64,000 nt of DNA from Hamiltosporidium tvaerminnensis FI-OER-3-3 (lineage: Eukaryota; Fungi; Microsporidia), in the NCBI GenBank assembly GCA_022605425.2, contig CM061246.1, forward strand, positions 1 through 64,000, given 5' to 3'. Position numbers and translations under genes: made by a program. Under the pieces are notes generated by a model. That model searched no databases, was not told where the DNA came from, and was given only the letters and a program-made list of their open reading frames with translations. Numbering within the stretch: position 1 is the first letter of the stretch; each line of letters starts with the position of its first letter. Positions 26,801 to 39,570 of the stretch are shown one piece after another.

Positions 26801-29800
26801 ATAATATATAGTACGAAGAAAAACAAATGTTTAATCAAAGCATATAAACTATAAAAACTTGTAATATTTATTAAACTAAGTATTTAGAACCTTTTACTTC
26901 AAAATCTTTTATGAATAAAATCTTATTTTTAAGTTTAGAAGGAATTATATGCACAATTTTTTTCTGTTGATATTCTTTAAATTTTAGTGTAGCAAGAAAA
27001 CCAAACTTTCAGGTTTCTAATGTTTTTTATTTTACATGATTCTAAAATTAAGTTAAATTAAAATATAATACTTGGCTTTTTTGTAAAACTCTTTAAAGGA
27101 ATATATTTTGAGAGCATGAATTTGCAGTAAAATATTTTTCTGTATATATTTGAGAAAAACATAACAAAATATTTTTTACCACCATTTCTATGTTACTCTA
27201 TAGTACTGCTTTTAAATTTTCTTATAGTATATATCATATGTATAGTTACATTTTTTTCATAATTTCAAAGTGAGTACATATAATACTAAAATTCGCAATA
27301 TACATTAAAAATAATACATTTTTTATATCTTATATGTAGACTTATATGTATTAAGGCAATTATATTTTTATAAAAAAATACCTAACCTATATTGATCTTA
27401 TTTTCGTATTGTCTATTGATCCGTTTTAATATTGATATATGATTGAACAAGCATATTCAAGAAAATGGATTATTTAATTTAAACCCTTTCTTGAAAAAAA
27501 AAATTTGAAGAAAAATTCATTTTTCAAAATATAGTTAAACTCACAATGTAAATTAATGTTTTTTAGCTTTTAGTCTTCTTAATACAATGTAGAAAAACTT
27601 AAAAGCTAAGTATAAACTACCGAGATTATAATATATAATCGTTTGAATATATCTATGCGTCATATAGGTTTAATTAATTTTTTTTACACACTTGCAATCC
27701 AAAAGAACTTATCAATTATGATTGTACTCTATGGATTAGAGTTCTTGACTCAATTTATTATAAATTAGTAATTATAAGCAATATTTTAACAATATTGATT
27801 CTTGCATTGTGAGATTCAAGCTATCATTTTATAAACTCTTTGTATTATAGAAATTCTACTTCATTCATAGTCTTACATTCCCTAAAACCCTAGAATATAC
27901 AATGATTTATATCCTCTTAAGAAAAGATCACAAAAAGTTAAAATTATGCAGAAGTAAAAATAACCAATTTTTTAAAGCACGTTTTTATAAATTAAATTAA
28001 TATCTTTATTTTAATTAGTACTGTCTTCATCTAAACAATTTATTTTTCACGCTCCCTGATCTAATAATTTCTTATAATTTACAAGTTACTTTTCGCGTTC
28101 ACTTACATCTTCAAATATTTTTTAAATCAGAAACTGCTAGGTGCATATAGTTTTTATAAATTTATACATATCCGTTACTATCATTGATTGTGTTCAAAGA
28201 CTGATACTTGTTTAAATTACGAAGGTTTGTATTCGTAAACTAAAGAAAAATTATGGTCATCATATACACTTATAAATCCAAACACTATACTATTTTCTCC
28301 TCATGAATTAAATCCTTATAACCTAGCTTAGAAATAAAGATAAGAAATTTAGAATTTAAAATGAGGGAATAAAAATTTTAATTATAGAATATCAATATAG
28401 AAAATAACTTTTTCAAAACACTATTTTAAAATTGGGTTCATTCTTTAATTAAATGTTGTATATTTTATATTTAAGAATTGGCGCATTTCATATTCTTTTA
28501 TGAACCTTCCACCGTTTAATTTTCGCGTCCAGTTCACAAATATATATCTTTGAGAATATTTTTTCAAAAACATTAAGAATATTTCTTCCAATAAAAAGCA
28601 TGAAATGTATGATTAAAAATAATAACCAACATCCACTAAATATCGTTTCACTTCAATTTATAATTTTATATCAGAAAAGCTATAATCAACGAATTTTTTA
28701 TATTTTTAAATTAAAAGTTCTACCTTCTTATCTTTTTTCATATATTTGATTCTTTTATTTGTTTGACACTCTCAAAGAATGTTTCTACTGAATCCATTCT
28801 TATTCTAATAAATTTACTTTTTTTATAAATTCCTTTCTTCAAAATCAACCTAAGACTGGCTTTTTTACAAATTATACAAAAATAGTAAAAATAAGATTTG
28901 TATTTAAAATATGGTGTATAATAGCAATAACCCTACTAATAAAATATAATTCAAGGGTAATGTTTAAATAATGATATAGTTTGAAAGGGGTTTAAAATTT
29001 AAATTACCTGTTCTTTACTTTAATTTAAGTTCTACTATTTAACTATTAAATTTTTTAAGTCGGATCTGTTAATTAAAAACCAATATAGACTTAACTATTA
29101 ATTTAATAGACGGCTTTATAAATTACTCTTGTTTCGCAGAATCATATGGGTATAAGTAAATAAAAGTGTTACTTTTCATTTATGACAATCTCTACCTCAA
29201 AAAACTTACTATTAAGCTTTACGAACATAATTTTATTATGATTTCTAACATACCTTAAATATTACCATAAAAATATACCACTGTTCATATATGCTCTTAG
29301 AAAATCATTAATATTATGTTTTTATCGAGTTTTAACATATTTTATTTGCATTTTTCGTATTGAATTTTTTAAAAAATATTTGTTACATTTTGTATATACT
29401 ATATAGAACGATTCGAATGTTATCCTCAAATATAAAATAAAAATAATAATGCTTTGATTGATGAAAAGTATTGAAAATAGATAATGTATGATTTTACCGC
29501 TTTTAAATCATCTTAAAAAATAAATTTAGCTTGCTATTAAATTTTTGATATTTTTTAAGATTATTATTGATATATTCTATTATAAATTCAAAAATTCAAT
29601 TAAACAAAATTATATAGAATTTATTAACTAAAGACTGCCAAAAATATTACATATAGCTTCTAAAGATTCGATGTATCACAATATATTTTTAATTTTTTTT
29701 GGATTTGTTTAATCGGATTTTGTATAGTCTTACACTAGATTTAAAAAAATCAAAAAAAAAATTGGGGTAAAAATAGTATCGGCTATATGCCTAGAAATTT

Positions 29801-32710
29801 CCAAAAATACATCTCATTAAACTTTTACTGTTTATATAAATGTCTACTAAAAAATCTATTTGTTTCTTTTCAATTTTTATTGCCTATTTAACAAACTTGC
29901 TTGATATATTTTGTATATGTTTTTTTAAAGAGCACCGAATTATGAAAAAATCTAGATGTAAAAATACACAATTAAACACCGAATAAAGCTCCGATTAATA
30001 TAAAAATACGATCGGCAAGCAAATTTTTACGCTTTATGATAATCGTAAGTCATTTTGAAGAATTTTTTGAGTATCAATTTTTTTGGATTTTTTAAGGCAT
30101 ATATACCTATAGTATCTCAAGATTTGTAAATTAACAAAACTACAACGAAAAAAAATTTAAGTTATGCAACAAAATCTAATTAATCTATCGAGTTGTCTTA
30201 AAATAAGCCAAGAAGTCCGTTTGGAATAAACTTCGATGTTCTGAAAGTAAATTTCTAAATTTCTTTTAGCAAATTTGTCATGAATGCATAGTATATTGTG
30301 TATGAAGTAATTTTAAAGAAGAAAACAATTTATTTAAAATATTTCCGGATTTGTATTTCTAAAACATCGCAAATATGATATATCAGTATATTATAAGTAG
30401 ATAGTATCCTTATCATATAATTTACATTATATTTTTTATAAATTCGTATCAGTATATTTTTTCATACATGTTTTATTTGTTCTGCATATAGTAGTATGAA
30501 TATATGAAAAATATAATTCGAAAATGCATATGTTCTTGCTGATAATTAGAAGGAATATAGCTGAGACCAAGGAATAATTTTTCCCATAGTTAAAAATAAA
30601 ATCTAGTAATTTTTATTAGGTTTTCATATTGCTTGATTTTTTTTATTAGGCTTAATGAAGTTACATCTAGCAGTATTAATGATTTTGAATTTCTAAAATA
30701 CAGTTTACAAAAGAAATACTATTTAATTATTTAAAAAAGTAAGAATAATACGAATATTTTTTAAAAAAATTGACTGTTGTGTTTGTTATAAAATTTGATA
30801 AAGTTTATGCTTATCTTAATTACCTGTTTTTTTGATTTTTTTCTTTCTATATTTGTATATGGTATATAAAACGAATCGAGAATTATCAAAAAATATTATG
30901 GCAAAGTATATGTTCAAATAGTTAAAAACAACTAAAAATGCAAGAAAACATCTCTTTAAGAAACAAATAGTTGTGTTTTTAATAAAATTTTACAATCTTT
31001 CAAGATATTATTTTATACATTTTTTTGCATTTTGTTAACCTATTTTGTATATAATGTGTAAGCCTTTCAAAATTTTTCAAAAATATTTAAGAGATAACTG
31101 ATTAAAAACCTGAAAATTCCTTTGAATATAACAAAATATTTTGTCATAAGTCAATAACTGTGTTTTAAATAAAATTTCTAGATGATTTTTATAATTTTCT
31201 GTGATCATAAATTCTCCAATACGGTCGATATAGTTACATATAGTCGTATTGAAATATTAATATTTGAAAAAAAAATTTAAAAATCATATGCATGAAAATC
31301 TGATAAATTATACAAAAAGACCAATAATTATCAAATCTAGTTTTTTTTCAAATTAGGTTTTTCTGAACTTTACTACTCTTCGTTTTTGAACCTTATTAGA
31401 TATGTTTTGTATATAGAATCTGAAAAGATTGAAAAATAGAAAAAAAAAATGAAATTAAGTAGTATACGAATTTTTTCTTATCGACTTATACAGATGTTAC
31501 AAATGGTTTTATATCAACCTATTAAATTTCTTTTAAATTTAAATTTTGTTTTTTATATGAATTTTATCTTTCTTTGACAGGTTTTGGGATATTGAGTGAC
31601 ACTATGATTATTATTCAAAAATATATTCGAAAAAACCTACATTTTAATATCTATAAATTATAGAAGACATATAAGAGATGTCTAATTAATTGTATTTTAC
31701 AGGATGCAATCTTTTTTTCTGATCTTGCTTCGAAGTTTTTTGATATATTCTTTTTAATTTTCAGCATGTAATGTTTAATCAAAAAACATATTAAGAATTA
31801 TAGAAAAATTTATTAACAAGATATAAGATTAACTCGTTAAAAATTCTTGCAAATAGTTGGATAAGTTTAAATAAATAATGTTTGTTTTTTTATGATTTAA
31901 TCTCGACGAATATTTCGAAATTTGCAATGCGTAAATTTTTAGTTTTAAGTAGAAGGTTTTAATATAGTGATATGATCGATTCCAAAATCAAAAGAAGGCT
32001 TATTAAAATGTATATGTTTTAACAAAAAAATCGATCAAAATACAACTGATTTTCATTATATAATACATTTCAATGTTATTATAACATTTCTGGTATTTAG
32101 GGTTTATTTTTGGTACCTGATTGGTTTTTATTAGTGTCATATATTCGTATTAAAGATTTTAACAATTAAAAAAATGTATATATAAATGTATGAAGGTTAA
32201 GATTTCATAGTTGCTCTAAAAATAACTAAAAGACTTTTAACACTCTACGATCATGTTTAAAGAAATTTAGAGATTTGATTCAAACTTCTTTTGAAGTATT
32301 TTTCTATTTAGTTAAAAATCACTATAAATTTTATCCCACATATATATTTTTTTTACTTGTATATCTCTTAATGACATTTTTATTTTACCTAAATTATTTC
32401 TCTATTTGTTATTTTAGACACTTATAATTTTATTTAATCAGAGATATTGAGTTATCACATTTTTAATAAGTTATTATGTTACCTAAAATATATTTACGAA
32501 GTTATTTTTCCTTTTTCATTTTTTATTACGTTATTTCACATTTAAAAACCAATCTTGGGTTTAGAAAGTTGTTATATATATGTTTTGTTCAGTCATTTAT
32601 AAGTTGTTATAAACTATACGTTCGGATTAACACGCTTTTTATTCATTTAAATATTCTATAAGTTCTTTTTTCTAAGATTAAAATTCTATTAATATATGCC
32701 TTTTATTTAT

Positions 32711-33979
32711 ATGGGTAGAAAGAAAAATGTTAGCAGCGAAATATCGAATAATACCAAAATAAAGGCTGCAAACGACGCTGATGAGGTGAAAAAGAGTGAT
32801 AGTGAGATACAAAAATGTAAGCTACACCCACCGGCGATTCCCCTACCTTCCTCCTCCTACACAACAATAACACCTCCACCACCAAGCCAAACATGCAGTA
32901 AAATGCAAAATAGTGGGCTTGACACCTTACCTTCGCCTAATGCACCAGTTCCCTCTTCGGTTGAAGTCTCTGCGTGCGAGCCATCGTACGACATGACAAG
33001 CCCCTGTACTCTAGCTATTCCGGAAGGTAACAGGCTAATGGCATTGCGGACGATATTCGATTCCGTAACAGCCGACCCGAAGGAATGGCCTCGAATTGTT
33101 TTTTTTGCAGTACAGACAAGGTTTGAAAGAATGCCAAGAAATGGCTGGACAGAGCTTCACAGGTACTATAATGAGAAATTCGGCTGCACTGAAACTCTCG
33201 AAGTGTTAAAAAAATTGGCACAAAGTGAGATGGGAAAGGATGTAAAATCAGAAGAGAATGGAGAGCGACGTAGAATCGCCACTTGTCTCGCTGATACATG
33301 CACCTTGACCGACACCACGGAGTACATAAACCTGAGAGATAAATTCTTGAGTAAAATCAAAGAAATCTCTGAGAACGAAATTGGAAAAGTGGTGGTCCGA
33401 ACTAGAAAACATCCAAATGAATTGGTTGATAGTAAAGTTCTGGATCTCATAAATCGAGTAGTCGGTGAATATGCAGGAGCTCATGTACCTGAGTCAATTA
33501 CGGAAGCCGCGTATATCATGCAAGCTGCGCAGGTATGCTATGACGAGGCAACACGTAAAGAGAAGCCTAGATCCGCTTGGAAGGAAAACATAGAAAGTAA
33601 AATTTCTAAGTTAGTACTTTCCAAAGATCTCCTCGAGAAAGCTCGTAAGCAGGAAAAGCTCTCCACTTCGGAAACGAAGAGCCTTAAGAAAATCATGCGA
33701 GAGTTTAATTTAAACTTGAGCAGCGTAACTGATCTTTCTGAGGCTTTAGTTAAGAAGAATGAGTCTTTGAATGTTTACGAGAAAAAAATTACGATGCATG
33801 AAAGTAGGAAGCAATTCCGAAAAGAGAATCGTATGTTTGAGCTTTTCCGAGGTCGATTTTATCGTGGGTTATCCGAGCGTGTGGAATCCGAGCATGTGGT
33901 TAGCCGTGATGAAATTATGAGTTTTTGGTCTACAATGTGGAACAAAATGATGACACAGTCACGTACGATGATTATTTGA
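32711..33979 (+). CDS. N-terminal part of the single RLE-element ORF (Pro/Ser-rich linker and basic region), frameshifted near 33945
   Basis: Open for over 400 codons, reaching EIMSFWSTMWN just before the RT domain-0 remnant (LPNWK.AGIDGI at ~34050). The ATG at 32696 lies in the host flank/TSD, so 32711 is the likely start. No N-terminal zinc finger, which fits the R4 clade. Confidence 0.8.
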   Translation: MGRKKNVSSEISNNTKIKAANDADEVKKSDSEIQKCKLHPPAIPLPSSSYTTITPPPPSQTCSKMQNSGLDTLPSPNAPVPSSVEVSACEPSYDMTSPCTLAIPEGNRLMALRTIFDSVTADPKEWPRIVFFAVQTRFERMPRNGWTELHRYYNEKFGCTETLEVLKKLAQSEMGKDVKSEENGERRRIATCLADTCTLTDTTEYINLRDKFLSKIKEISENEIGKVVVRTRKHPNELVDSKVLDLINRVVGEYAGAHVPESITEAAYIMQAAQVCYDEATRKEKPRSAWKENIESKISKLVLSKDLLEKARKQEKLSTSETKSLKKIMREFNLNLSSVTDLSEALVKKNESLNVYEKKITMHESRKQFRKENRMFELFRGRFYRGLSERVESEHVVSRDEIMSFWSTMWNKMMTQSRTMII

Positions 33980-36189
33980 TTCCATTTGTATCAGATAATC
34001 ATCCGACCACGTTCCTTCACTTGATGAATTTGTGAATATCATTAATTGGCTCCCTAATTGGAAGCTGCTGGAATTGATGGTATTTACATTTTTCATTAGA
34101 AACTTACAACTCTTCACAAATATCTTTATGATATTGTGAAGTTATATGTTTAGAAGGAACACCTCAGCTGATTGGTTTTACTGCGGGCTTACGTATTTGA
34201 TACCGAAAGGAATTCCACGAAGAGGCTCTGACTACAGGCCAATCACTTGTATGTCCAACCTCTATAAGTTAACGACAAAGTGTGTAACGAAAGTCGTTCA
34301 ACTTGAAGTGGAAAGGCGAGGGTTGCTTGCAGAGAACCAACTAGGGGCGGTAAGAGGTGTGCAGGGAGCGAAAGAGCAGGCTCTACTGAATATTGCCTTA
34401 AATAAAGAGTATGGAAATAATCTTAAGGCAACATGGATTGATGTTAAAAAGCTTATGATTCAATAGATCATGCTTATTTAACTCAATGATTGAAAACCTT
34501 AATTTACCTGATTGGATCCTGAAATTTATTAAGGTAATTATATCAAAATGGAAAATTGATATATCAGTAGGGCCTGAAAAATCATGAGCAAGAAGATTGA
34601 TAGAGGGATTCTACAAGGAGATAGTCTGTCACCTTTGTTATTTGTGTTGTGTATGGATCCATTAAGCCGAAAGCTTAATGAAAAATACACAAAGTGACAG
34701 TACAAACAGATGCAGAATCCCATTCTACTAATCATCTCTTGTTTATTGATGATCTTAAGCTCCTTGCAAAGACAGCTCCACATTGAGTGCTATGACAGGC
34801 GAGGCAAAGGAATTTTTAGAGGTGATTGGCTTAGAGATTAACAAAGAGAAGTCAGCCACAAATGATACGTGTTGTGAAGATACTGCTACTCTTCTAGAAG
34901 GTGTTAGTGTTTACAAATATTTAGGAATAATAGAAGATAGCAGAGGAATCCCAACACGTAGCTCATTTGAAGAAGTACGAGCAAACTTATATCAAGAGTT
35001 GAAGACTTTGTCACACTAGATTAAATGCAAAAAATTTATTTTCTGCAATCAATCAACATGCGATATCGTTAATCAACTACCACATGGGTACTTCGACTTG
35101 ACCGGCTGACTTCTCTAGTTAGATGAGGCGTGCGTGCGGTGTTGGTTAAAATAAGATACATCTCCGCCCGGATGTGGCGGTTGTTCTTCCTGACGACTTG
35201 GGGGTCTCTGGTGTTGGTTGCGAAGCGAACATTGCTTCTGCACTCTTGGATTGTCTGGAAAAGTAAAGAAATATCACTAGACGAGCAGCAATCCTCAGGT
35301 GGGATAATAATAAAACCCATCTTGCACTAATAAAAGGCTTCTTAAAGTAAGTACGGTTGGTGAAGAAGTCACTAGAAAGTTTGGAAGCTCAACTTGCAAA
35401 CTATATAACGAAATAGAAAACGAACTCCATTCAAGTTATATAATGCAGGAAATGGCTTGTGGTGTTGTGACTCTTCAGATGGCTAAGAGAGGAAATATTA
35501 GGCCACGAATGAGCTGTGTTCTGCTATATCCGGATGAAATGTATTCTGGGGGCGATGGTGTGTCACTTGCGGGGTCTGGTAGACTGTGGTCTCTGCAACT
35601 GATGTGAAAATGCTAGGCCATGATTCACTGCGGCATAATGAGTGGTTGATGCCTACCTTCCCTCTAATAGATATGTTTAGTCTTCAAACGAATAGGGCCA
35701 CTCGTTCGAAATTCTTGATAATGAGTATGCGGATGAGTGGACACCGAATTAAACGTGTTAAATTCGATAACAGACCGGACATATTTATTTTAGATAAGAA
35801 GAAGAATAGATAACACTCATTGAGTGGATCACTTCCAGATTCACTTCAATAGTTGACTGAAACTGGGTATGACCTGCTGCATGGTTGGGCCTTTTTATAA
35901 GTGTGTGTTGGATAATCCCTTGTGTGACCTGGGACGGTATTGTGCAAATACCATACTCTCTTAAAGACTGATCCTGATGTGGCACACGTTTGTCTAAAGA
36001 CGTCGACTTTTCTTTGATCCGGACTTGGTCGGACTAATGCCGCTGGCGTCATGGGTGTTATTATGGATCGATGCATCCCCCCTTTAAAGAAGCGACGGGT
36101 GGTGATTTTAAACCTTAGCCCTTTTTTACAAGGGGACCCTTTGGGACCACCATCATAATGAGTCTTTGAGAGTGGTCGTGAACATGTAA
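33980..36189 (+). pseudogene. Frameshifted RT-RLE region of copy 2
   Basis: ORF fragments 34146-34466, 34783-35019 and 35586-35813 reproduce copy 1 peptides. About 280 bp is missing relative to copy 1, as scattered small deletions. Confidence 0.85.
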
Positions 36190-36599
36190 AATGGTAATAT
36201 TTTAACCCAGAATTTTATTAAATAAAAAAATTGCCTTTTATTTTAATTATTTAACAAACTTATATAGTCTATATTTACAAAAAAAACACTTTTTCTTTTT
36301 ATTTATGATGTTTTTAGTTTATTTACAGGTTTTCTGAATATTGCAATTTCAAACACGTGATAAATATGATATACATCTTGCAAAATCATTTCAGATAATT
36401 TATTTGATTCTACACACAAAAATTCCATTTAAAATTAGAAATTGTTATTCCTAATAAATTAATATTACAATACTATGTAATTTTAAAAATATATTCTTCA
36501 AATATAATGCATTAGATAGTTGTTTATTTACATTATTATTATTATTCGTCTATTTTTGATTAGTAAGTCATAAAATTATTGTTGATTGAAAAGTATTAC

Positions 36600-39570
36600 A
36601 TCAATAGTTTTTTGTAATATTTTTTACATACAATACAAAATATTATTTGATTCCGTAATTTTTAAGATCACTTATTTTTATATAACATAATTTGCACAAT
36701 ATTTAAATCCTTACTTTTGAAACATGGTTTTGATTTATCAATTCTGTTTTCTATTTATTTATTTTGGTTTTATAAACGCTATATAGTTTTAAGGTTGAAA
36801 TACACTATTTCAGGTTCCTTTTTAGGTTTAATTTGAAGTTTCTTGTATGTAATTATCTTTTATTTAAACCTTGGCTTCTAAATAAATAATTGTATTACAT
36901 CTATATTTTAATAAACATTTTTCTTCTTTAGATTTTTTTAATTGAATATTGTATTTTGTAATAATTTTACTTATTTTTACTAAATTTAGAATTTCTACTT
37001 ATATTTAATATGTTTTACTTCAAAATATTTTAATATACCGTTATCTATATTTTTAGATCATTCTTTTGTTATTCATCTACTAAGTTAAGTGGTCACTTAT
37101 GTAAGCAGTTTTTCTACTTATGAAAGAAGTCTAGTTATTTTAATCATAAAGTTATAGAATAAAGTAACATTTTATTTTCTAATAAACTATAATTTTATTC
37201 CTATTTAATGAATTTTTAAAAATTTTATATTCATCTATCTTATAATTCCTTTAATCATATCATTTTGTTACATTGGAATATGTACTGTAGTATTTTCTCT
37301 TCCTATATGATTTTAAGGGGTTAACCTTAATAAGCTTATAAAATTTACCATAATTAGAAGTTTTTGAGTGTAATATATTGTAGGTTTTTTTATGTTCATT
37401 CTTTTTATTCAGACTCTTAAAACCTTATCTCGATATCTAAAAACATGTTTTTGCAATATTGGTTATTATACCTTGTGTTCAGTCTAAATATGGGCGTATT
37501 AAATTTTGTGAAATTGTTCAGAAAAGCTCTCGGTATATTGTTAGAAACATCAATCATATATGGTATTTATGCGTAACTTTAGATTTCTACATAACCTCAA
37601 ATTACAGACTTTCCCTTAAATTGAGCAAAATGCCAGGCATTATTATAAATGTATTGTTTATGTTACTTAAAAAAACATAAATATATTTGAAATAAAGATG
37701 TACATGTTAAAAGGTATTTTAATATCATGTATAGAAGTTTTAATCGAATTTATCAGAAAATTAATACTTTTGTCTTTCTTGAAATAGATAATATTTTATG
37801 GATTTAAAAGAGATTAATTTATTATGTGTAATACAATCTATAGGCAGTAGATTTTAATATTTCATTCGTCTCAATATATTCATATAAATATAAATTTCAT
37901 TTCATAATATATAGCCAGAGTGAACAACTTAAATTTTTATAGTTATAAATGTATTAAATTGTTTTTAATTTTGTAAGGTCTTCTTATTAGAATTATATAC
38001 TATCTTACTGCAAAGATCTAAAGAATTAAATTTAAATGAATAGGATAGTATATTAAAATATCTCAAACTGGTAACCTTGTTCTTATTATACTATTTCTAT
38101 TCCAAAACCAGATTTCAATAACTGTTTTGAGATTAAGTAAATGATAATTTTAATGTGCTTAAATCATTTATCTATATAAAAGAAAATCGCTACAACTGAT
38201 TTTTAATTAATTTAGAATCTGTATTTTTTTGGTTTTCTTAGATCTTTAACTTTTTTATAAAGCAATGCGGATTAACAAAAAAAGTAATTCAATGAATAAA
38301 AAAACATATAGATAAAATTTTAATTTAGTATAAATATAGAATGAATCTTTAAAAGATATATTTCAGTATAAACCAAATTGATAACTATTTTTTTAATATG
38401 TATTTTGCTAATTAGATATAAATATAATAAAAGTCTTTACATAATGAGGAACTACTATACTAATTTGAATTGGGAGATATTGATAATAATTTGATATCTA
38501 AATATAACGTATGGAGATTAAATGAGAAGTTAAAAAACCATTTTTTTAATGAAATCAGTCGTGTATTGTAATTCAACAAATAAAATATCTATGATTTTGT
38601 TGTTTCGTTTAGAGATTATAATATCAAAATCTCGATTTGTCTCCTTAAATACAAAAGAAAGACAATTGAATGTTAAAAATTACTAAAAACTATAATTAGT
38701 GTCTGAGGCTAACTGTTGTGGCATCTTTTACAAGTTATTTATGAATATCTTAGCATGAAACCGAATACTTAATTTATTTCGAAGGATTGAGCTTAATGTA
38801 AAAGCCATATAAACATAGGCCACAATCAACTGATATATTTTATTAGAATATTTAAAGGTGAATTATTACTTCTTACGGTACCTAAGCTGATAATGATTAT
38901 CGAATAGGCATATGCAAGGTTATTTATATATGTTACTAGTATGATTCAAAGGGTAGTATCAAAAAAATCATCGAGCTTCTTTAAAGTCGGATTTAACCAA
39001 ACAAGTGAATGAATTTACTTAGAATATATTTCTAGACAACCCAAAATATAATTAAATTTAATTACAACTACAATAAGCCCAAAGCAAAGAGCCCAATTAT
39101 AGAAGCAACTGCTAATTTGAAAGGACTCGGTATGAAGATGTATACATAAAGAAAATTATGAAATAATTTACTGAAATTACGACGAAAAAGTTTAAAAACT
39201 AATAACTTTTTTTTAATTAAATCAAATACGTTATTCTTGTCATTTATCTTGACCTGCTCCCTATTAACGTAAAAAAACACATTTTTTATTTCTGATATAT
39301 GAGTCAGGTTTAGGCTCTAGGATTAAGTTGATTTCTTTTTAAATAAATATTTTTTCTAACCTAATTTCATAAAAATTGCAATAATTTGTTTATTTTATTT
39401 CTTTCGAACAAAAAAGAAATTCGAAATCTACTAAACACTAGAAACTGTACCTTTACAAAATCTTTATTACCAATATCAAACATTTTCTTACAAAACCTCT
39501 TAATTTCATTTTAATGTGACTATAAAATAAAAAACCTTTTTAACCAAATTTTTTTATGATTTAGAACGAT
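36600..39570 (-). pseudogene. Family A paralog 4
   Basis: Minus frame NILHSKTSNYGKFYKLIKVNPLKSYRKRK (~37295-37380). ORF 39068-39280 is a surviving fragment. Closest to paralog 5 in the 37050-37950 region. Both ends approximate. Confidence 0.8.

Larger units (their letters stand above)
32709..36230 (+). mobile_element. Full-length RLE-type non-LTR retrotransposon (R4/Dong-like), copy 2, as assembled with many deletions
   Basis: Nearly identical to copy 1 at substitution level from 34100 onward, with the same 3' end (TTTAACCCAGAAT..ATTAAATAAAAAAA). TSD TGCCTTTTATTT at 32697-32708 and 36232-36243. Confidence 0.93.

Noticed and set aside
6512-32661. Short 60-110 aa ORFs in AT-rich DNA as intact genes
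   Set aside because: F/I/K/L/Y-rich composition expected by chance, often with non-ATG starts. Some are fragments of pseudogenes.
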